A stretch of 63,451 nucleotides of DNA, counting the filler, from Choristocarpus tenellus KU-1152 (Eukaryota > Protista > Phaeophyceae), in assembly GCA_964200185.2 (NCBI GenBank). It is 10 parts of 10 records of this genome, joined end to end, with 100 filler letters (N's around TTAATTAATTAA, not from the genome) between each part and the next. Parts side by side here need not be neighbours in the genome. Positions count along the whole stretch, not along the records: positions 46,420 to 58,961 come from CAXNAD020001801.1; positions 59,062 to 63,451 come from CAXNAD020014779.1; 8 more parts are not named here. One strand, 5' to 3'. Numbering within the stretch: the first letter of the stretch is position 1; each line of letters opens with the position of its first letter. This document shows positions 53,101-63,451 of this stretch, piece after piece. Below the pieces are notes generated by a model. That model had not been told where the DNA came from, ran no database searches, and was given only the letters and a program-made list of their open reading frames with translations. The translations under genes and the position numbers were made by a program.

Positions 53101-55629
53101 AAACTAAATCAAAATCTCAACATTGAATTTTGATTCCCAAATGGATGCAGCTCTACCCTCTCAGATACTTTGACTCGTATCTCAATAATGTCACCATTTT
53201 ACGCCGTTTTCTGTTTGGTTAGTGGTCAATGGTGGGGACTGTTGACCCGAGGATCGCTCAATATCTCACGTGAGAAACACCTTTGTTGGCGTTTGCAAGA
53301 AGTATTTTCACAAGATCACTCCCCTCGGGATTAAAAAATAATAGGGACTATCGGTTGACATGAAGGGCACAACCTTCTTACCCAGTTTTACGACCAAAGT
53401 GGTCAGATTTAGCGCTCTCACTTCTACAAAGCAATTCCATTTCTTCTGGGTGCTAGCAATGTGACCAAAGAAAAATATGGGGCCCCTTAGTGGGTCGTCC
53501 ATAATTATGTGAATCCCAGATATCCGCCAGTACTAAAATGGGGTTGGCAGGATGGTAGGGAGTTACAAATTTTATTGGTGGTAGTAAAGGTGTACCTAAA
53601 CACATCACACTTTCCACAAGAACCTTACCAACACTTTCCCAAACCGATCCCCACAGACTTAACTAAATCTGATCCATGTTCCCAGAATACGGTTTGACTA
53701 TTGATGGACAACAGCAACTCGACTTCTGATCCAAACTCTAAGGGACGGAGAAGTGGTATAATAGTAAAATGTTCTGGCTAACAGCAATCAACAGAAAAGA
53801 ATAACTTGAAGCAAGGTACTCTTGTGTATCCTTTGAGAAGATCAATTGAGCCAAAGTGTCTTAGAGGGTAGAGCCGCGTTCATTTGGGGTCAAAATCCAA
53901 TGTTGCGATTTTGACGTAATTTTGGCTGTTGTGTTTGTTAGGAAGTGTCAGTATCCATGTTCCGGACACACCTTTTCATGAGATACACATTTTACCTTGT
54001 TTAGGAGTAGGTAAAAGGTCATAAAAAACAATGGGAAGCCAACCCCAAATGGATAAACAGGGCAAAACTTGTACCCTCTAAGATACATTCACTCATTTTC
54101 CCGTATCATTTGGGTGACTCATACATTCTCCCTTCTTCTGAAGTAATCCTGGGATCTTAGAAGTATGGTCCTGGCACAAAAAAAAATGCCAAGCCCTTGA
54201 AAACCACAAAACAAGCTTGCAAAAAGTGAAGGCCCACACACTCAATTTCTCAAAAAAGCGAACATTCGTCGCCTTTCGATATAAGGTAACAAACCAGACC
54301 AAAGGCCATCCCCACAGATATGTTGGTAACTTATTGACAGCTTGATGTATTCAAGTGTGGAAAATAGAATTAACACTACCCACTAATAGTTGCATGGTCT
54401 TCATGTAGAACCAGAAACATCACAGGATCACTTCTGCAGTACGTTGTACATTGCGATTGTCTGTCTTCAGAAACATGATGCCTTCATACCACCTTCGTCA
54501 TCTTGATCCGATTGAAACATATACAGTAGTCTTGTAGGTTCATGATGTGCAGACTGAAGGTTTGGAATATGTTGTGGTGTGCGTTCTTATGGCCTGCAGG
54601 ATCCAGCTCATTGACAGTTTCAAGGCGTGCCAGAGTGCCAGAGTGCAAGAGTGCCAGAGAGGATCCTGAGTGCATGACATGTGCTTGCATATTATTTGTT
54701 TTGTGTCTATACCCTGGATGATATTTTTAACCCTGCAAGGAGGTGTGCTGCGAAAAAAATGAAGAAAACATGACATCAAGTAACATCAAAGTACTCAGGG
54801 TTATATATATATATGTAGGAATAAAAAGCGGGGATTTTTGCAGGACTGGTAGTTGACCAGATTGACTGACTGGATAAGGGCCTTGGGCCAGGCCTGTTTA
54901 AACCATCTTTGCCAGGGTTTGGCCTGCAGCTCAGTCCACCTGAAATCTCTGACGGCACTGGACCGGTCCTGCCTAAAACATATTGTACCAGGGCTGACCC
55001 ATCGCTCAGTTGGTTATTAAATTGACGGTCCTGACTAAAATATATTTTTTTACCGATGGGTCAAGGTGATCGATTGAGAACATATTGGGTCAAGTCCCAA
55101 ATTGTCCTAAATACATGTGGGAATATTTTGTTATTACAAATTGGTTCATATCTATTCTGCCAACAGTAATAAGACCAGATGAAGTCTACCTAGACGAGCT
55201 CCGTGCCGGTCTGGTGAAAAGCCTACCGCCCCAAACAAACATAGAGCAGGCAACCTCTGAAAGTTTGTAGATTTCTGCTCAATTTATTATTATTCAGCAA
55301 CTCCTTGAATACTTGACTGGAAGAGTCGTCTCAAATACACGGATGTGAAAAAAAAAACACATAGTGCATATGCTTCGCCATTTCCTCCGCAAAGCAAAAA
55401 ATTAAGAGTCCCCCAAGCTCTCTTTCCCTGGAGGATTGCAATGAAGCAGCACTGAAACCTTTGTACTGTCATTTTCCTCGATATGTTCAGCTGTCATACC
55501 CGCATTGACACAGGTGCCTCAGCACACAATAATCGTTCTCCATAAACCGAAATATACTCAGAAATAGTTGGTTTTGCATTGTCCCACCCAAGTCATGTTT
55601 CACAAGTCCTTCATCTTCTGATTTTTCCT

Positions 55630-55673
<44 letters not shown>

Positions 55674-56434
55674 AGACAGGTGGTGTGTTTCTTTTGCATG
55701 TTCAGTCGTCATGAGGTTCTCCGATTCATCTTTGGTGCCCTTGACCCAAAGATGCAAAAATTCATTGATGAAGATACTTTCAAGGGACTGATCGATATAG
55801 TCACCAAGCATGAGAGTGGAGTTCCTGGGAATTTTAGGACCAAAGCCATCCAGGGGTTCAGAAAGATGGCCCGGAATGGGACTCAGCTTGAGTTCCCACA
55901 GTTTGAGGAGGTGAGGGAGATGGGAAGGATTCACACATACATCATTACTATACCCGCAAATACCAGACTATAGAAGGTCCACTTTAGAAAAATATGAACA
56001 AATCCTGGTGGACTAAAAAATTAATCAACAAAGTTTGGGATGTTGGTGAGAAAAGAGTCTGGTCTCTGACCAATGATATAGACTTAAGTATAACCAACCT
56101 GTTACAGGGGAGCGGTTGCTATGCACCTATCTCGATTTTTGTTCATTGTCGACTGAGTTTCGTGACCACTCTCCAACCCCACTCTTGTTCCCCTATTCAC
56201 CATCACAAACTACCCCCCTCACACACCCCTCGCATCCTCCTCTTCTCTGCATTATTGCCGGCCTTTCATTTCCCACAACCACAGCTCTGTTCCAAGTACC
56301 CGAGAATTCCACATCCAATCTATCACCTTCAGACAGCTATGCAGAAACACAACATGGGTGAGGACTTCTGGGATGCCAAGAAGGAGATATTTGTTAATGC
56401 ACGACAGACCATTGGGGTAAAGAGAATACACTAA
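47157..56434 (+). CDS. Protein with a coiled-coil region, MABP-like repeats and a C-terminal calcineurin-B/recoverin-like EF-hand domain (5' partial, 11 exons)
   Basis: Exons 47157-47248, 47689-47884, 48482-48622, 48801-48890, 49690-49839, 50184-50269, 51109-51238, 51835-52017, 52445-52576, 55680-55910 and 56285-56434 (TAA) join in frame. EF-hand-like loops FARTDFKNNGTMDIYSFF, GKLEIDFDQYLE and FIFGALDPKMQKFIDEDTF; tail KYPRIPHPIYHLQTAMQKHNMGEDFW. Confidence 0.85.
49055..49294 (+). mobile_element. MITE family B, intronic copy lacking the outer right TIR
   Basis: GAGTCAAAGTATCTTAGAGGGTAGAG...GGAAAAACTCGTACC. Confidence 0.88.
52922..53176 (-). mobile_element. MITE family B, intronic full copy
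   Basis: Both TIRs; perfect TSD GTAT. Confidence 0.92.
53848..54094 (+). mobile_element. MITE family B, intronic full copy
   Basis: Both TIRs; flanks AATT/ATTT. Confidence 0.9.
55633..55672. repeat. (TC)n microsatellite serving as polypyrimidine tract of the exon at 55680
   Basis: Direct reading; ends just before the CAG acceptor. Confidence 0.9.
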
Positions 56435-56849
56435 TAGCGGCTTTTGACAATGATGAGGTGGTTGGCGGTTTCTTCGATGGTCAGCATCGTAGTGGGTCGA
56501 GGGGTTAAAATAAAAGACAGTGGAATCACAAGCCATGGAGAGTGAGAGGTGTCAGAAATATTGTCCCAGTTGACCTCATCCACTGACTACAAGTGGACAG
56601 GATTACCTAACTATGTGGAGGTGTGCATGTGTTGTGGTGTATCCTCATGTCAAATACATGCTATGAGGTCGTTTGGTATGATCAATCTGACCGACCATTC
56701 CACATTTTATTGAGAGGGGAGGCATGCCTGGATCTCCTGGCATTTTTCTGATGGTGTACACACTCTGTACTCAGTGAGGTTTGTCTTCGTGTATGTCTCC
56801 TGCACGCAGTTGAGTGTGTAAGGGCTATGAGACCTAGGTTACTGAGAAT

Positions 56850-57230
56850 TAATGGTGACTATTAACGCACACTTTGAGTACCTCCGGAGTATATCATTAA
56901 AAATGGAGCAATCCCAGTAACAGTTCAATAATCCAGAAAAGCAGAAGCAGAGCTTATTGCTGTTTGTAGGATGTTCATATTCATTCTTGGAATAAACAAC
57001 CGCCCCCATCCTCTGCAACTCCTGCGAAATATGGTTTGCTCGACAGTTACCTGAAGAACCATACCATGAACATGTATCACCAACCCTACCTTGCCTTGTG
57101 CATGCACAAATCTCAAGGGCATAACACATGGAAACAGATGAAAGGCCTTAAGCACCTGCCAGAGATAGGCTACACCATATGCATGCCTAAGCATGCATCA
57201 TCAACATAACGCTAGAAAAATGTGGAGACA
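56850..57230 (+). mobile_element. PIF1-like helicase C-terminal relic (Helitron-like)
   Basis: QPYLALCMHKSQG then (1-nt shift) ITHG...ATPYACLS; spacing matches PIF1 'PL.LA+A.T+HKSQG.T.....G..YVALSR'. Confidence 0.45.
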
Positions 57231-57426
57231 GTACTAGACAGTAGGTGGCACCCACCGTTAGCTAAAATAATCTAATGAGGCAGGAACGTTAGGGCATTTT
57301 TTCCTCCATATACTCCGGAACATAATATAGCTCACATGCCCTTAGCTTCAACTACAAGTGGTGTGCATATCAAGACCCCCTTGATACCACTAAACATGAA
57401 GGGTTCTACCACCTGCTGTATGCCAA

Positions 57427-57540
57427 GGCTGAAAGTATCTGGGGGGGGGGTCCCGGCTGTCCATTCGGGACCCATTTTTCCATGTCGCATTTTTTTGGTG
57501 ATTTGGTTGCATGCGTGCGATGGATAATGTAAGTGCACTG
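57427..57540 (-). mobile_element. MITE family A, truncated copy; other partial A/C copies at 1-51, 3591-3651, 3752-3770, 17108-17151, 17252-17320, 36347-36427
   Basis: GGCTGAAAGTATCTGGGGG...GATTTGGTTGCATGCGTGCGATGGATAATGTAAGTGCAC. Confidence 0.8.
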
Positions 57541-57544
57541 GTCA

Positions 57545-57810
57545 GGGCCCGAATGGGCACTACCGACATTCCCCAGAAGATTTTGGGGCAAAGAAAACAT
57601 TATCTCTCTGGGCGTCCAGGAGTGGAGAAAATATTACCCCTGGCTCTTGATCCATCAGGAAGGAGACTTGGCTTTTGCATATAAGAAGTTGCGCTTCTAC
57701 GTGTGGATCGCCCCATCTTCTGTTCAAACTCGAACTTACAGGATGCTCACGACAGTACAACTCCTAACTCTTAACCAAATCTGGAAATCCCCCTTTCCAT
57801 TTCCCACACT
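57545..57810 (+). mobile_element. hAT-like transposase N-terminal relic (TTF-type zinc-finger region)
   Basis: FPRRFWGKENIISLGVQEWRKYYPWLLIHQEGDLAFAY resembles 'FP...G...R.F...W...YPWL.YS...D.AFC'. Confidence 0.4.
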
Positions 57811-59562
57811 GTAGTCAACCCATCCATCCTTTCTCGATCGTGTTGAGCCTACCTAAGACACTTCTCTACTCAATCGATTAAGATCCCCCCTCAGCTCCAC
57901 ATAGCGCTTTATGCAGCTGATTAAGCACAGTCCTGCCCTTACCAATATTTCACCTGCTCAACAGTCGAGATTACAAAACTTAGCAAGTAAGAAACCCACA
58001 AACTGGTTTGGAAACCTACCAAAAACTTACCATGTTCCACGTAAGGACTGCAACTGAACAATGGAAACGTCTCATCAAATTTCCAAACTGTAGTCCATGA
58101 TTCCTCAATTGTGTCGCACAAATCTTTACCCTTCAAGTTGAGTTGATATAGAACGGTCTGTTTCTGAGAGGAACACCTTCAAGGGGATGCAACTATTATC
58201 GAAAAGCGGTCATTCTTAAATATGGTAAATAACACACACAGTAAGAACAACAGCAGAGGGTAAAAGGGCATTATGATGCGTGTTGGGTGCCATCTTGACC
58301 TTGATCCTCTCGACAGCCCATTCCTCAAGCCATAGATTGTGTCACCTTTCCTCGGTGTGCTTTAGAGGTGGGCTGAATTTCCTCCCAACTATTTTCAAAC
58401 CAACAAGAGAATCTGGTCAACACATTGCACAAGAAGGTGGTGACCACCTACAACATGCCGCCACACACCCACAACCTCACTATCATAATATCCTCCAATT
58501 CCATCCCTGCTCCAAAAAGGGACCACACAGCCAATCTCTACTGCACCAAACATTCACAAAGACCCAGCATCACACCCAGTAAATTTTTTTTAAAAGGGTC
58601 AGAGGCAGCGTATATCCACATTACAGCACGCACAAACACACAACCCCACCCCAACTTCCCCCCTCTCCTTCTGGACGTCTGGGACTGCTTACACCCAACC
58701 AGTTCACCCAGCAGGGTCCGCCACAACCTCACCCTCCACGAGTCATATCATGGTCGCTCTAGGCATGCACACTGACCTCTTGCTCTAAAAGACGTCCTCC
58801 CAATACCTGTTACTTTCCCCTCTCCTACGTACACGCCTCCACACACCTTCATTCATCCTTACCAACCCCACAAAACAAACACTTCGCCCTCTCTCCTCAT
58901 CTCTAACAAACCAGGCATAGGATACAACATGCTTCATGCACCATGACTGTTCCGACCCCCCNNNNNNNNNNNNNNNNNNNNNNNNNNNNNNNNNNNNNNN
59001 NNNNNTTAATTAATTAANNNNNNNNNNNNNNNNNNNNNNNNNNNNNNNNNNNNNNNNNNNNGGTGGGAAGAGGGGGGGGGAGGAGGGAAGAAATAGTACT
59101 CTCCAAAAGCAAGCCATGAACTAACTCAATGCGTGATGGTGGAATCAATAAAATATAATGATTTAAAAAAAAAAACTTTAAAACTGGAGTACATGCACGT
59201 ACTCTACGTATAAAAAAAATTATACACAAGGATGGCAGAGGAATAAAAAAAATTGGACAGTTCAATTCACATTTCGTTTGCAGAACTACTACTACTTCCA
59301 AGACCAAAATTCTCCTAACCCTAACCCCCAAACACGTGTCCTTCGAACAGTACCAGTAACCAAAATAGTTGGTAATAGTTGTGCTATTGCAAGCTACCGA
59401 GCGCATGATAAAAGAGGGATTAGGGTTAGGATTAGGGCTAGTGAGAGAGTGTTACTTCCTTCCAGTCTGAGTCCTTTTCCAATCATTCCAATCTGGAACA
59501 GAACATTTTCTACACAACAATACACAAAACAGCAACAAACACACAAAACACACACACAACAC

Positions 59563-62500
59563 CTTGCAAGATCATCGTCCTCCTTTTCTTCCTCCTCCAC
59601 TCCCTGAAGGCTCAGAATAGTCTCTGCTGTCTCAGATCGTGCCAGTTCCCCACCACTCAACAGGTCCTTAAGACCAAGCACCGGCTCTGAATGAGATAAT
59701 ATCCTCACATGCCCTTTTCCTCTACGTCCCTTCGAACCCCTACCCCTCAACCGCTGGCTTACTCCCAACCTCCCCCCCCCTACCCCAGCCTCAGCTCCTG
59801 GGCATACTCCATCTGTTGCAACCCCACCCGTCCTCCTGTCCTCTCCTGTCAAGAAGCCCTTCGCCGTCGCCATTTCACTGACCCCCCTCCCCTGGACCTT
59901 GCAATGTGTGTCCTCCTCTGTGTTTACACGACCACTGTCCTCTTCTTGCTTAGGTGGGTGCTGTCCTGCAGCAACGCCATCCTCGCCAAGGAGCGCCCGA
60001 TCCGAAGCTAACACCGCCTTCGGATCATGCTGGAAAACCAGAGGTAGGGATGTCGCATTCACCAGCCAATAGGGCACCCACAGGGTTACCTAAAGCTCAC
60101 CATTGTGGACAAAAAAGGGAAAGGGAAAGGGATATTGAGGGAGAAATATAATAAGAAAGCATTCTTGAGGTGTATGGGTGTGTATAATCTCAAGGTGAGT
60201 ACACGAGAATGCATGTTATTTGGGGCTGGGTGGTTGGGTCTCTGGGTCATGTGTTGAATCAAATTGAATTTTCAAGATGTCAGGCAATACGAAGGCCTCG
60301 GTGTGTCTTCATCTAGTGAAGTACAGTGCAGTACAACTCACCAATAAGCCCTTCTTGAATACAGCACTACCTGCTCCTTACTCCTTACTGATACAAGATC
60401 GTATGACCTGGCTATCACCCCTTTGAGTTTTAAACTTCGGTTTACAATGCACTTACCATGCTTTTAAACTCTTCACAACTTGAAGTTGCGCAATCAACAA
60501 CTCTTAAACATAAACTTTTAAACATAAATATCAACGTCAACGGTGTGGTAGTGTAACATATTCAAGTCCAGCTGACATCTTCGAAATTCGAAGCACCGAT
60601 GGCATAAAACAAACCAACCAACAATGTGTCCAAAGCAAAGCAAAGCAATCAGCAAAATACTACCAAACAAAGCGAACAACAACAACATGTTGTACAACTC
60701 CATCCCACCTGACGCAGACCACACTGTGAAACAACAACCTCCGCATTAACACGCAGAACAGCTCCTCCACTATCCACCAGATCCAGTCCTAGCTCAAGGG
60801 GCCCCCGCTGCCTCCCCCCCCAGCCTCCCCCCCTCTTCCAATTTTGCCGAAGGAGTCCAGGGCCTCGTCCTTCAACCCGTGAAGCTCCCCCTCCCGCTTG
60901 CGCCCACCCAGGTCTGCCATTGAGAGGTGTACCTCCTGTTGGAGAGCTGAGGTCAGTTTCTTCAGAGTTGCTGAGAGGAAACCCTTCATGTTGTTGTAGA
61001 GGCACAGGGACAGGGGTGCTCCAGCCAAAGCCTTTCACCTTCACAGACAGTTTTACCTGGTAGAGGGGACAAACCCGCAAAGTTGAAGTAAGGATGGCAG
61101 GAGGGGGGGGGTTGGGGAGGAGGGGGGTGAAAGGATCTGACCAAAGACACTTCCTGCAGAACATGACACTTGTTATCCTTGTCAAACATGCCACTTTCCA
61201 GGGGTTTGGGAGTCAAACATGCAATGTAATAATCATTTCATCCTCATCTCACCCACCTGCTTGTATTTTCCTCTTCCTTTTGTTTAAACTATCCCATCCC
61301 CCCCTCCCCCCAACTNNNNNNNNNCCAACTCCCCCCCCCCAAAAAAAAAACAACTCTCCATCGACAAACCCAACCATGTCCGTTCCATTTCATTCCACTT
61401 CTTTCCATTTCATTCCACTTCTTTCCATTTCATTCCACTTCTTTCCATTTCATTCCACTTCTTTCCATTTCATTCCACTTCTTTCCATTTCATTCCACTT
61501 CTTTCCACTTCTTTCCATTTCATTCCACTTCTTTCCATTTCATTCAATCATCCATCAGTTCTGGGGGGCAAATTCATCCCGTCCCTCACGTACTAAAACC
61601 CACATGCCCTTACTCCCTTATAGGGTTAGGGTTAAAATTTGTGTTTTCAACACCGCTATCGAAAAACCCACAACAGTACCCTAACCCTAACAGGGTGCGC
61701 AGAAGACACACCTCTATCTAAGTCAATCCCTCGTTTCTAATGATCATCACTCACCCGCCCACCCTATCAAATACTTGGTGGAAAGCAATCACACGCATCG
61801 CATCCACATACATCACATCCACATACATTGAAAGTGGAGACAGTGGCCCAAGCAGGACAATCTATATCTATCCCCAAATGAAGTGTATGAAATGAAGTGT
61901 ATGAAATGAAGTGTATGAAATGAAGTGTTGAGGGACCGCCAAATTATTTCTCAGGATGAATTCAAAGGAGTTTTCCACATCCGCTTGCGTGAATGTACGT
62001 TTGACCACAATTGGACTCCTCTCTCTCACATCCTGTCCTGGAGGGCAGTGAAGACAGGACACCCCCCTCCCCCTCGCAATCGTCCGGGTCCAATGTTGAC
62101 CAGTGGTGGCCTTCTCAATGTCAACAAACAGTCGAGTTCAGTCGTGTTGAGGTCAGTCATGGGGACTAGGTGAGGCAGTTGCAGCAGGAGAATTGCTCGC
62201 AACAGCAAGCATCGCATCAATACGCTTAGATAATCCCTATATGAAGGTTTGTTTATGCACTAGAGGGTAAGGGCGAATCAGGTACAGCACAACCAATAAG
62301 CTCATCGATTTGTTGTGCTGGGATGGGGGTGGGCGGGGGTGCTCTGGAGCGGTTGTCAACACAGTACTATTAACCCTAACCCTAGCCCTAACCCTACACA
62401 GTACTGAGTGCTAACTAAACCCACCGCCGCCTTCTGGTACACATGAACTCCTTCAACAGACGTGCGTATTGTAGCAATGACTGATCCTCAAAACCTCACT

Positions 62501-63451
62501 AAAATTTCGTCTCTGCACTTGAAACTACGTGAAGGAGGGGATCAAACCCCACCATAACATACATTTTTTTGTCATAATAATATTATGTAATACAGGCGCG
62601 AAAAACTCAAGCAAATAAAAAAATAAAACAAAGATGTGTGAAACGTGTAGATATGCACAGTCTGTGACAAACAAACACACATACATACACACACACAAAG
62701 ATTCACATGTTATGACAGTGACAATGATCTATTACTAATATACACATATCTTCAAGAAAAAGAGGTCTACAGTTTGAACAACCAGGGGTACATCTCATAC
62801 TTCCCTTCACCTGGAGGCTCTGCGGCAACCCAGGGCAAGAATCTGGTGCCAAGGGAGTCGAACCCCAACTCCCTGTCCAGGACGTGTGGCATGCACAGCA
62901 GCAGTACATTTAGAGAAGGTAGTGTATGGAGGTATGTAAAAAACATCAGAATGAAGATATGTGTTTGGGCTGTGTGCGTCTATGTGTGTGTGCGGGTGTC
63001 TGTGTGTGTGTGTGTGGGGGGGGGGGGGTAAAAACCCCTATCTCCTAAAAATAATGGTGAAAACTAGCGACAAACAAATGTACAGTGATATTTGACAGCC
63101 TATGCACACAACCAACTAACTCGTTTTCTCCAACTCAACATAACACACACTCCACCCTCATCACTCGGGCCATCCAGGCCCTCCCTCATATGAAAACCTT
63201 CTTCTGGGACATAACATGAAAACAATAAATAAAATAATAAATACACAGGCTTCCCCCCGCCCACAGCCCTCAACACTCACCACCAAATTGTTGCTGTGGT
63301 CGTTCCTGATGCATCTCTTCGGAGGACCTCAAGCGCTCCAAACAAACATCGGCTTCCCTCGCAAGAAGATTGGTCACCACAACTCCAGGCTCAAAGGACA
63401 ACACCACCACCAGACCGCTGGCCCCCTCACCCACCCTCTCCAACCCCCCCC
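59563..63451 (-). CDS. VPS13: Vacuolar protein sorting-associated protein 13 family, VAB (SHR-binding) region (internal fragment, 5 exons)
   Basis: Exons 63281-63451, 62811-62872, 62030-62113, 60709-61056 and 59563-60089 join in phase. Motifs LSFEPGVVVTNLL, VKLSVKVKGFGWSTPV, LDLVDSGGAVLRVNAE and VTLWVPYWLVNATSLPLVFQ are typical of VPS13 VAB repeats. Confidence 0.85.
61383..61545. repeat. 20-bp minisatellite (CTTTCCATTTCATTCCACTT) ~8 copies, intronic
   Basis: Direct reading. Confidence 0.95.
61875..61928. repeat. 14-bp minisatellite (AAATGAAGTGTATG) ~4 copies, intronic
   Basis: Direct reading. Confidence 0.9.

Noticed and set aside
62843-62875. tRNA 3' end (GGGGTTCGACTCCCTTGGCACCA) on the minus strand
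   Set aside because: No A-box, D-arm or acceptor pairing; the segment fits a phase-compatible VPS13 exon.

Overview
Eukaryotic, intron-rich, repeat-rich DNA. The TTAGGG repeats, kb-size introns and an RTE-type LINE relic suggest a brown alga or related stramenopile (inference). The window is not one locus: it is 10 contigs joined by nine artificial 100-nt linkers (44 N + TTAATTAATTAA + 44 N), so adjacency across a linker is meaningless. Six spliced host-gene fragments can be traced: a cyclic-nucleotide-binding-domain (CNG/KCNH-like) protein, the 3' half of asparaginyl-tRNA synthetase, a coiled-coil protein, an ARM-like protein, an 11-exon MABP-like + calcineurin-B-like EF-hand protein, and VPS13 (VAB region). 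About 25 full or partial copies of three related MITE families share the terminal core GNNN-CAAAGTATCT; most measurable target-site duplications (TSDs) are 4 bp (Sola2-like). Relics of RTE LINE, Ty1/copia, hAT-like and PIF1/Helitron-like elements, satellite arrays and decayed orphan ORFs are also present. The most unusual signal is frequent short interstitial TTAGGG tracts: three sit at the same TTAGAGGG seed inside MITE terminal inverted repeats (TIRs), and one is flanked by a perfect 10-bp direct repeat. This suggests telomerase-templated repair of internal breaks. Two GC-AG introns are forced by protein continuity. Family calls are from motif recognition by eye; no searches were run.
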